NCBI GenBank assembly: GCA_963832225.1
Contig: CAWHTI010000013.1
Span: 8,136 to 72,135 of the forward strand
From: an uncultured Actinomycetes bacterium
Lineage (GTDB): Bacteria > Actinomycetota > UBA4738 > HRBIN12
DNA: 64,000 bases
Direction of reading: 5' to 3'
This document shows, piece after piece, positions 9,944-18,886 of the stretch (position 1 is the first letter of the stretch; every line of letters starts with the position of its first letter). The translations under genes were made by a program, and so were the position numbers. The notes under the pieces are model-generated. The model did no database searches. It saw only the letters and a program-made list of their open reading frames with translations, and was not told where the DNA came from.

Positions 9944-11483
9944 GATCCGCGAACTCGCCGCCTCCGATCATCCTGAGCGTGAGCGCGAACGCCGCCAGGC
10001 CCGCCGATGCGACGGCAACGGTGAGACCCAGGAGGAGCCAGCGACCGTGCGGATCCCCGAGGTCCAGCGCCGCGTAGCCCGCCACGAGGACGGCGGCCAT
10101 CACCGCGGTCGCAACGACGAGCCGAGCGACGAACGCACGCATGCCGTCGAGGTGGATGTCCAGATCGTGACGCATCCGGTACCAGGCGTGCGCGACGTTC
10201 ACGTACTGGGCCAGGGAGTAGGCCGCCGCGACGCCGATGATGCCGTCGGCATCGCCTCGTCCGAACGGCAGGACGAGCAGGGGCACGAGCGCGAGGTTCG
10301 CCACCACCCCGTAGACCGTGTTCCGCAACGGGACCCGTGTGTCCTTCCGGGCGAAGAACGGCGCCAGCATGGCGCGCTGCCACGCGGATCCCACGATGCT
10401 GGCGGCGTAGACCGCCAACGCGAGTCCCAGGAGGGACGCCTCTTCGCGCGAGAGGTTGCCTCGATTGAAGAGTGCGATCGTTGCGGGGACCGCGAGCACC
10501 GCCATCAGCGCCGTCAACGGCACCGAGATGGCCAGCATGATCCGCACACCCAGGCGGGTCGTCGCCCGGAACGACTCGCGATCCTGCCGGCGGCTCTCGT
10601 CCGTCAGGCGCGGGAGGATCGCCACCATCACGGACCGGAACAGGACGGAGCCGCCGATCGCCGAGATCAATCGGTAGCCGTAGGCCAGCAGCGTCAGCGC
10701 CCCCGCCGGCAGGAAGGACACGAGCGCCCGCTCTCCCACACGAGCGAGCGGGTTCAGACCCGCCCCCGCGAGCGGTCGGAGCAGGAGCCGTCCCGCCCCC
10801 AGGACCTCCGCGTCGCGGACGGCGAGGGTGACCCGAGGCCGGAAGCCGCGGACGACGGACATGACCAGCATGAAGACCGCCTGCGCCGCCGCCCCCGCGA
10901 CGTACGCCCAGGCGACGGCCGACAGTGAGGTCCCCCATCCGACCACGACCCCGATCGCGACGCCGTTCATCACCACGTTCATGAACGCCGGCGCGAAGAA
11001 CGAGTAGGTGGCGTTGAGCAGCGCGCGGAGCACCTCGGCGACGGCGACCATCGGCACGATCAGGAACATCACCCGTGTGAGCGACGTGGCGAGGTTCACC
11101 TTCTCGGCCGAGAAGGCGGGCGAGACGACCCGCATCAACGGCCACGCGATCGACGCCGCCAGCGCCGCCAGCAGCGCACCCCCCACCAATGCCGCGCACA
11201 CCAGGATCGAGCACAACCGCCAGGTTTCGTCCCTCCCCTTCTGGCTCAGCCAGGTGGTGATGGTGGGAACCAGCGCCTGGTTCGCGCCGACCATGAGGAT
11301 CGCGACCATGCCGAGTGGGATCAGCGCGGCCTGCACGAACGCGTCGGTCCGTCCGGTGGCCCCGAAACGCTTCACCACCACGATGTCGAGCAACAGGCCC
11401 GACCCGATGGCGAGCGCCGCCGCGATCGAGGTCAGCCCCGACTGGCGCACGACGTCGCGGCCGCGTTCCTCTCGAGTGCTCAC
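9837..11483 (-). CDS. murJ: MurJ/MviN-family (MOP superfamily) lipid-linked glycan flippase
   Basis: Many TM segments; FGATGRTDAF, AVAEVLRALLNA, FARKDTRVP motifs typical of MviN. Confidence 0.85.
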   Translation of the reverse strand: MSTREERGRDVVRQSGLTSIAAALAIGSGLLLDIVVVKRFGATGRTDAFVQAALIPLGMVAILMVGANQALVPTITTWLSQKGRDETWRLCSILVCAALVGGALLAALAASIAWPLMRVVSPAFSAEKVNLATSLTRVMFLIVPMVAVAEVLRALLNATYSFFAPAFMNVVMNGVAIGVVVGWGTSLSAVAWAYVAGAAAQAVFMLVMSVVRGFRPRVTLAVRDAEVLGAGRLLLRPLAGAGLNPLARVGERALVSFLPAGALTLLAYGYRLISAIGGSVLFRSVMVAILPRLTDESRRQDRESFRATTRLGVRIMLAISVPLTALMAVLAVPATIALFNRGNLSREEASLLGLALAVYAASIVGSAWQRAMLAPFFARKDTRVPLRNTVYGVVANLALVPLLVLPFGRGDADGIIGVAAAYSLAQYVNVAHAWYRMRHDLDIHLDGMRAFVARLVVATAVMAAVLVAGYAALDLGDPHGRWLLLGLTVAVASAGLAAFALTLRMIGGGEFADLTRSFRRGPGHRGVDPLLEAQAEPATAPGVPDSRT

Positions 11484-11522
11484 CGGGTCATCCTCGCATC
11501 GCCGACGGGCCGGCGGACGTCA

Positions 11523-12872
11523 TCAGTCGTTCGGGTTGCCCCTGCCCCAGGCCTGGGCCACGGTCGCCGGGTCCGTCACGACCACGTCGGCGGGGATCTG
11601 CTGCAACGCCCACAGGAAATCGTCGTAGCAGTACAGCTCCGAGTTGCTGACCCAGTGCAGAGCGGGGTCGGCGCTCGTGCAGTCCCAGCTGAAGGTCGGA
11701 GGAGGTCTGCGCGCCTCGCACGAACCGGTACATCTGGACGACCGACCACTGACCCGGCGCCGGCGTCATCAGCGATGCCAGGCTCTCGCGGGACCGGTAG
11801 TGATGGTTCGCGCCGGTGTCGTCGAGGGAGTAGCACCACGCGTCCACCGCGTTGCATGCGCCGCCGTTCACGGAGAACGTCCGTTGGAACCAGGGCTCGA
11901 CCATCTGCCCCAGCGCGTTGAACCGGTAATAGTCGTAGGCCCGCCCGTAGGCGAAGCACGTGGAGACGACCGAGCTCTGGATCGCGGTCGTCCTGCGGTT
12001 GTTCGGATAGGCGAACATCCCCCACCCGCTCGCGTGCCCATGGGCCTCCAGCGAGGACAGCGATCCGCAGCTCTCCTCGAGCTGCTCCTCCGGCGCGAGT
12101 TGCGTCATGTCCCGGTAGCCCGCCCCCGCGCTGACGAACGTCCACCCGTGCGTGTCACGCAGATCCGCGATCTGCTCCCAGGTCGCCATCAGCCCGTAGG
12201 TCATGCACGCGGGGACCTCGGTCTCGCTGGCGCGGTCGATCACGACGTTGCCGGTGCCCGCGAGCGTCCGGCCCGAGGTGGCGCCGAGCTCCGTCATGTC
12301 CTGTGCGACCCGCCCGAGCGGGATGGCGTCCTCCATGGGCTCACACCTGCGTGCCGTGATCCATTGCGCTCGGCCGAACGCCAACGTGAGGTACCGGGTC
12401 TCGGCGGCCGGTGACACCACCACCCGGCGGGTGGCGTGCGATCCGTCGTAGGCGTCGTTGCCGTCCCGGGCCTGCGCGTGGAGCACGTACGCGCCCGTCA
12501 CCCCACCCGGCCAGCGCCAGGTCCACGCCGTGGTCGCACGTCCCGGCCGCGTGAGCGTCGCGGAGTACCACCGGACCGCCCCCCACGTGCCGTTCCCGTG
12601 CCACCAGAAGCGGGTGACGGGGTCCTGCACCGCCACCCGGACCTGGGCGACCCCGAGATCGTCGGTGGCCGCCCCGGTGAACACGACCTCGCTGCCGGGC
12701 AGGTACGCCGCGCCGAAGACCGGCGAGCTCACCGCGGTCTCGGGCGGGGCGTTGCCCGCCAGGGCGGGCTGCGCGACCGCGAGCGGGACCGCCGACCCGC
12801 AGACCAGCCCACAGCCAGGGCGGTCACCAGGGCGGCGGGGACGCGCCACCGCCGGCCGAGCGTGGACAGCAT
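11523..12872 (-). CDS. Secreted Ig-like domain plus CE4/NodB polysaccharide-deacetylase-like domain (frameshifts ~12810 and ~11700)
   Basis: Signal peptide; APPET..FTGAATDDLGV Ig module; TWEQIADLRDTHGWTFVS..EEQLEESCGS..FAYPN resembles a NodB fold; the C-terminus continues as SWDCTSADPALHWVSNSELYCYDDF. Confidence 0.65.
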
Positions 12873-12874
12873 GG

Positions 12875-14866
12875 TCACGGGGTCTCGACGAGCTCCATGA
12901 CCTTGTTGTCCCAGACGACGGAGACTAGATCTCGCCGCCGGCACCGAACGCCACCTCGAACGGCGCGTCCATGGATCCGATGCCCGGCGTGGTCTGGTCG
13001 GCGTACGCGATCAGGTCGCCGCCTGCGACATCTGCACGATCCGATCACGGCCGGTGTCGGCGACCCAGATCGTCCCGTCCGGCGCCACCGTGACGCCCCA
13101 CGGCGACTTGAAGCCGAGGCCCAGGCCGTTCGCGGTCGAGTACGTCGTCCAGTTCCCCGTGCTCGGGTTGCGCTTCTGGATCCGGTTGTTCTGCGTGTCG
13201 GCGACCCAGATCGTCCCGTCCGGGGCGACGTCGATGCCGGTCGGGACCGAGAACTGGCCCGCCGCGGAGCCCTTGGAGCCGTAGGAGGCCATGAACGAGC
13301 CCTTGCCGCTGGCGAGGATGTTGAACCGCTGGATCCTGCCGTTGCCCGAGTCGGCGACCAGCAGCGTCGGGTCCCGGGTCGTCGGGATCGAACGTGACGC
13401 CGTGGGGGAAGGTGAACTTCCCGGTGGCCGTGCCCCGAAAGCCCCACCGGTTCACGTAGTTGCCGTTGGCGTCGAAGATCTCGATCTCGTGGCTCTCACG
13501 GTTCGCCAGGTACACGTTGCCGTTGGCGGGGTTCACGGTCGCGTCCCAGGCGAAGTTGATCGAGCCGGGCTCGGTCTTGGTCCCGCGCTGCCCCCACTTC
13601 GTCAGGTACGTGCCGTTCGTGTCGAACTTCTCGAGCCGCTGGTTCCACCAATCCACGACGTAGATCGCGCCGCTAGTTCGGCGTCCCGACCATGTCGTTG
13701 ATGGCGATGCCACGGGGCGAGTTGAAGCCCGGCGCTCCGGCCGCGACGGCCGAACAGGAACCGTTGGAACGACGACGCTGGGCGGGCTGGTCGACGAGGC
13801 GTAGTCGACCGAGTACTCCTTCAGGCCATAGTCCCACTCATCGGCGACGACGACGGTGCCGTCGTCCGTGACCGAGAGCCCGCGGGCGTCGGTCAGGTAC
13901 TTGTTGTCCTGCGGGGTCCCGGTGTTGCCGAACTGGCCCAGGTAGGTGCCGCCGGAGTTGAAGACCTGGACGCGATGGTTGCCGTCATCGCTGACGTAGA
14001 CGTGTCCCTCGTCATCGATGTCGATGCCACGGATGTCGCCCTCGAACTGACCGTTGCCACTGCCCTCGCCGCCGAACCTGAAAGCTCGGCGCCGCTCTGG
14101 TCGAAGACGACGATCATGCCGTCGCGGGCGCTGACGACGTACACGTTGTGCGTGTCGGGATGGACCGCCATTTGGCGGGGTGCGATCAGATGCCCCTGCC
14201 CGAACTGCGAGATGAACGTCCCGGTCGTGGTGAACTTCTGCACGCGCGAGCCGTCGGTGGTGTAGACGACCTCCGTGTCGGCGCCCCGCCGATGCCCCGG
14301 CCGATCCCCACCGTGATGCCGTAGACCTGGAGAACTGCCCGGCCGCCGTCCCGGTGGTTCCCCAGGTCTTGACTGGGACGGTAGTCGACGGGTCGGCGAG
14401 AAGACCTGCACGCGGTTGGTCGGCGTGTCCGCGACGTAGACGTTGCCCGCGGAGTCGACCGAGATGGCCCGAGCGGCGGCGAGCTGGCCGTGCGCCCGGC
14501 CCATGATGTCCGCCCACCGAGTCCACGATGGTCCCGGTGGCCGATCGACCTTGAACACGCGTAGCGACCCGGGTCGACCACGAAGTAGGCGTCGCCGAAG
14601 TCGACGACGTCGACCGGGTACATGTCGGAGACCGCTGCGCCGGCCAGCAGCCCGACGTAGGCGATCGAGGCGGATGCGGCGGCGCCGGCGGGCGGCGCGG
14701 CGCCGAGCGACGACACCCCTGCCAAGACGGTGACCAAGAGGGCGGCGGCCCAGTTCCTGGGCCGCCGGGCCGCGTTGGGGGAGGGGGTCGATCGCATCTG
14801 TGTCCTGTCCCTTCTCATGTTCTGGCTCATGTTCTGGCTCAGGTTCTGGCTCATCTCTGGCCTCAC
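12875..14866 (-). CDS. Secreted NHL-repeat beta-propeller protein, heavily frameshifted (possible pseudogene)
   Basis: NHL units (ISVDSAGNVYVADTPTNRVQVF, GIDIDDEGHVYVSDDGNHRVQVF, GIDVAPDGTIWVADTQNNRIQ) spread over five ORF-track fragments in different frames. Confidence 0.7.
14815..14865. repeat. 4 x 12-bp tandem repeat TCATGTTCTGGC at a gene junction
   Basis: Units at 14815, 14827, 14839 and 14851; on the minus strand they encode MSQN repeats and in-frame TGA stops of the upstream gene. Confidence 0.85.
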
Positions 14867-16758
14867 GTCGTGTACTCGTAGACCAGGATCCGGTCGTTGT
14901 AGGTGTCGCTCACGTAGATCCGTCCGTCGGGCCCGACCGCCACCTGTTCGGGCTTGCTCATCTGCTCAGGATCGTGGCATAGGTGAGGTTCCAGTCGATC
15001 GGGTCCAGCACCATCAGCGCGGTTGTTGATCGAGTCCGCCACGAACGTCCGGCCGAACGCGTCGCGGGCCACGCCGCTCGGCTTCTTGAAGCCCACGCGC
15101 GAACGCAGCCACGTGACGTCGCCCGCGTCGTCGGGATGGCTGGGAGCGACCAGCTCGACGATGCGATTGTTGTTCGTGTCCGCCACCAGCACGTGCGTGG
15201 GGTCGGCCGGATCGAAGGAGATGCCCCGGGGTTGCAGGAACTGGCCGGTACCCGAGCCCTTCTCCCCGTAGATCAGGATCAGCGCCCGCGTGGCCGCGTC
15301 GTAGACCTTGATGCGGTTGTTCTTCGTGTCGGCCACCCAGACCGTCCCGTCCGATCCGCGGATCGCGAGGGCGTGCGGCCAGTTGAACTTGTCGGTCGAG
15401 GTGGTGGTCGCCGGCAGCTTGGCCACGAACGAGCAGTCGCCGGAGAGGATCTGCAGCTGGCTCTGCTTCGTGTCCGCGATCCAGATCCGATTCGTGGCCG
15501 GGTCGACGGCGACCCCGCGAGGCCAGTTGAACGCGCCGTTCTCCCATCCCCGCTTCCCGCAGGCGGGCGGGATCAGGGCGCCGGTCTCCGGGTCGAAGCG
15601 CACCACCCGTTGATTCACCGAATCCATCGCCAGCAGCTCGCCGGCGTTGTCGAAGGCGAGCTGCCGCACCTCGTTGAAGACCGAGGTGTCGGTGAACGGC
15701 GGCTGGGTCGGAACCGCGGGGATCGAGCCCTGGAAGTCGTACGCGCCGCCCGGATCGCCGTGCAGGCCCGTGACGTCGATCCGCTCGATCGAGTAGCCCC
15801 ACAGGTCGGCTCCCCACAGATCGCCGTCGGGACCGACCGCCACCCGCCGCAGGGCGCTGAACGTGCCGGTCTGCGAGTAGTCGTAGTTGCCGGCGGTCCC
15901 GAACTTGTCGACGAAGACGCCGTTCTTCGTGAAGACCTGGATGCGGTCGTTGTTCGAGTCCGCCACGTAGACCCGCTCCGCGCCGTCCTGCGGGTCCACG
16001 GCGATCCGGACGCCGTAGGGATTCTTGAACTGACCCTCGGCCGTGCCCTTGGTCCCCCACTTCGTGAGGCAGTCCCCGTTCGGATCCAGCTTCAGGACAT
16101 CGTTCTTCAGGTAGTTCGCCACGTAGATGTTGCCGTCGGAGTCGGCGTCGGCGTCGCGGACGTTCGAGAAGATGCACTGCCCGGTGCTGCCGACGGACAG
16201 GAGCTGCGCGGTCAGCGCCGCGTTGTAGACCCGCACCTTCAACCTGAGGCCGTCGGCGATGTAGACGCGATCCTGCCCGTGCACGGCCGACACCGACAGC
16301 CCGATCGGTGAGCCCACGGTGTCGCCCACCGGGCCCTTCCAGAAGGTGTTCCAGCTGCCGTCGCTGTTCAGCTTGACGATGCGGGAGTTCCCGGTGTCGG
16401 CCACGTAGATCGCGCCGTTCGAGCCGACCCCGACGTCACGCGGGTCGTTGAACTTCGAGACGCCGGTGCCGTAGCCGCCGACCTCCCAGATCAGCTGCCC
16501 GGTCGCAGGGTCGAACTTCTTGATCCGGTGGTTGCCGGTGTCGGCCACCACGAGGGTGTTGTCGATCGTCGAGTACTCCAGGCCCGAGGGGTACATGGGG
16601 GCGTGTCCCGGTCCGCCGATCGTCTGGACCAGGCTGGGTGGCGTGCCGGTGTCGGCCTTCGGAGGCGCCGCGGAGGCCGGGGGCGTCATCGCGAGCGCCG
16701 CGGCGGCGCTCAGCGCGGCCGCCGACACCGTCCTCCACCTCGATCGGACCTTCGTCAT
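14863..16758 (-). CDS. Secreted NHL-repeat beta-propeller protein
   Basis: Signal peptide ending ASA-APP; about 12 NHL repeats (FxxPxGVAV..YVADTxNxRI). Confidence 0.85.
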   Translation of the reverse strand: MTKVRSRWRTVSAAALSAAAALAMTPPASAAPPKADTGTPPSLVQTIGGPGHAPMYPSGLEYSTIDNTLVVADTGNHRIKKFDPATGQLIWEVGGYGTGVSKFNDPRDVGVGSNGAIYVADTGNSRIVKLNSDGSWNTFWKGPVGDTVGSPIGLSVSAVHGQDRVYIADGLRLKVRVYNAALTAQLLSVGSTGQCIFSNVRDADADSDGNIYVANYLKNDVLKLDPNGDCLTKWGTKGTAEGQFKNPYGVRIAVDPQDGAERVYVADSNNDRIQVFTKNGVFVDKFGTAGNYDYSQTGTFSALRRVAVGPDGDLWGADLWGYSIERIDVTGLHGDPGGAYDFQGSIPAVPTQPPFTDTSVFNEVRQLAFDNAGELLAMDSVNQRVVRFDPETGALIPPACGKRGWENGAFNWPRGVAVDPATNRIWIADTKQSQLQILSGDCSFVAKLPATTTSTDKFNWPHALAIRGSDGTVWVADTKNNRIKVYDAATRALILIYGEKGSGTGQFLQPRGISFDPADPTHVLVADTNNNRIVELVAPSHPDDAGDVTWLRSRVGFKKPSGVARDAFGRTFVADSINNRADGAGPDRLEPHLCHDPEQMSKPEQVAVGPDGRIYVSDTYNDRILVYEYTT

Positions 16759-16767
16759 CTCGCTCCC

Positions 16768-18792
16768 CTACGCCGACAGGATGAACTGCTGGATCCGCTC
16801 GTTGCGCTGCTCGCAGGTCCACAGCCGGCCGTCGAACGGACTGACATCGAGGCCCTGCACCTGCTGGAACTTCCCCAGCTTCGGCGTGGAGCCGCCGTTG
16901 AACGCCTCCACGAACGAGTCCGTCGCCGTGTTCCAGACCTTGAGCTTGTTGTTGCCGGTGTCCGCCACGATCAGCCGGGAACCCACGACCTCGAGGTCGA
17001 ACGGACCGTTGAACTGGGGATCGGCTGCGCCGCGCGAGCCGTACGTCTCGATCCACGTGAACGTCTTCGCCGTCGTGTCGACCGCGTAGTGCTTGACCAC
17101 GTCCTGGTTCGACTCCGCGACCCACACGCTCCCGTCGGGGCCGCCCGTCGGGTCGTACGCGATACCGCGGACGTACGTCATCTGGCCGCTCTGCACGACC
17201 GTCCCCTTCGGGTAGGGCGACGTGAACAGCCAGTCGCAGTCGGCGTCGAACGCCTTGATCAGCCCGTTGCGGGTGTCGGTGACGTAGACCGTCCCGTCAG
17301 GGGCGACGTCGATGCCGTGCGGGTTCCGCATGAGCTGGCCGACGTCCCCGAGGCCTCCGGCCTTGCACTCGAAGACGCCGTCGTTGGAGAACCGTTTGAT
17401 CGCGTGGTTGTCGGTGTCCGCGATCCATACCGACTGGTCCACGGGCGAGACCGCCAGCATGCGCGGGTAGTTGAAGGAGTAGTCGGTCCGGCCGCGGCTC
17501 CCCCACTGCGTGACGAAGTTCCCGGCGGCGTCGTACTTGAGGATCCGCTGGTTGTACGTGTCGGTCACGAATCGGTTGCCGTCGGCGTCGATCGCGACCC
17601 CGCGGGGCCCGTTGAATCCCGTGGTCGGCGGCGGCGCGTAGCTGCCCGGCACGGTGGGGATCGCGAACCGGAACTGGCCCGTGACCCCGTCGAACACCTG
17701 GAACCGGAAGTTGGGCATGTCGCCCACCCAGATGCGGTGGAACTCGTCGACGGTGAGCTCACGGCCGCCGTCGGAGAACTGTCCGGGACCGGGGTGGTCG
17801 GGGTCAGGCGCGGGGACGCCGATGGCTCGGATGAAGTTGCCGTTGGTGTCGAACTTCCGGACCTTGTTGCCGGCGGCGTCCACCACGTAGACGGCCGCGC
17901 CCGTCGGGCTCTCCGGATCGTCGTCGTCGATCGCGAGGCCGCGCAGATCACCCTTGAACTGACCGGGCAGGGTCCCCGCCCGGCCGAACGTGAACAGCTG
18001 CTGGCACCCCCCTGCGAGCGGGTTGGAGCCGTAGACGTCGATCTCCTTGTTGTTGGTGTCGGTGACGTACAGACGATCGTCGTTGATCGAGTCCGTTCCG
18101 TCGGGCCCGTACCACCACGCCATGCCGTGCGGCTGCTTCCACTTGCACGTGCCGTTGGTGTGGCCGGGCACGTCGGTGCCGAACGCTCCGAACCGCCCGA
18201 CTTCGGTGGCCACCTTCGTCACCGGATCGACGTTGACGACCGCGATCCTGTTCGCCCATGTGTCGTTGACGTACACCTGTCCGTCCGAGCGAACGGCGAC
18301 GCGAGACGGATAGAGGTACTTGTTGAGTCCCGTCCCCTGTGACCCCCACTCCATGATGTAGTTCCCGTCCTGGTCGTACATGTCGAGCGTGTAGCGGTCC
18401 GTGTCCGCCATGTAGATGTATCCCTCGACCGGATCGACCCCGATGCCGTACGGCGCCTGGTGCTGCCCCGGCTGGAAGCCCTGGTTCTGGATGAACGTGG
18501 GATCGACCGAGGCGACGGAGCCGTCGGGGTTGAGGGTCGCCCGCTGGATGCGGTAGTTCCAGTAGTCGCCCATCAGGACGCTGCCGTCGGGCATCGTGGC
18601 GGCGCCCCAGCCGTACATCTGGGCGTGCCCGGGCCGGTCCTTCCAGTTGGCCGGGTAGATGCCGTTCGAGACCGGCGTGAAGATCGAGGCGGCCCGCGCC
18701 GGTGTGGCGGCCCCCACCAGCACGACGAGGGCGAGCAACGCCGAGGCGCCCGCCGCCAGGGCGCGGTTCACTGCGGATGTCCTCACGTGCAT
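16768..18792 (-). CDS. Secreted NHL-repeat beta-propeller protein
   Basis: Signal peptide ending PARA-AS; multiple NHL repeats; start set at ATG 18792. Confidence 0.85.
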   Translation of the reverse strand: MHVRTSAVNRALAAGASALLALVVLVGAATPARAASIFTPVSNGIYPANWKDRPGHAQMYGWGAATMPDGSVLMGDYWNYRIQRATLNPDGSVASVDPTFIQNQGFQPGQHQAPYGIGVDPVEGYIYMADTDRYTLDMYDQDGNYIMEWGSQGTGLNKYLYPSRVAVRSDGQVYVNDTWANRIAVVNVDPVTKVATEVGRFGAFGTDVPGHTNGTCKWKQPHGMAWWYGPDGTDSINDDRLYVTDTNNKEIDVYGSNPLAGGCQQLFTFGRAGTLPGQFKGDLRGLAIDDDDPESPTGAAVYVVDAAGNKVRKFDTNGNFIRAIGVPAPDPDHPGPGQFSDGGRELTVDEFHRIWVGDMPNFRFQVFDGVTGQFRFAIPTVPGSYAPPPTTGFNGPRGVAIDADGNRFVTDTYNQRILKYDAAGNFVTQWGSRGRTDYSFNYPRMLAVSPVDQSVWIADTDNHAIKRFSNDGVFECKAGGLGDVGQLMRNPHGIDVAPDGTVYVTDTRNGLIKAFDADCDWLFTSPYPKGTVVQSGQMTYVRGIAYDPTGGPDGSVWVAESNQDVVKHYAVDTTAKTFTWIETYGSRGAADPQFNGPFDLEVVGSRLIVADTGNNKLKVWNTATDSFVEAFNGGSTPKLGKFQQVQGLDVSPFDGRLWTCEQRNERIQQFILSA

Positions 18793-18886
18793 GGATCGCT
18801 CCTCGTGGGTCGGTTCTGTCGGAAGGAAACATCCATTCGACCAGATGGACGCGTGATCCGCCACCCCCCGAAGGTCTCGGGACCGC

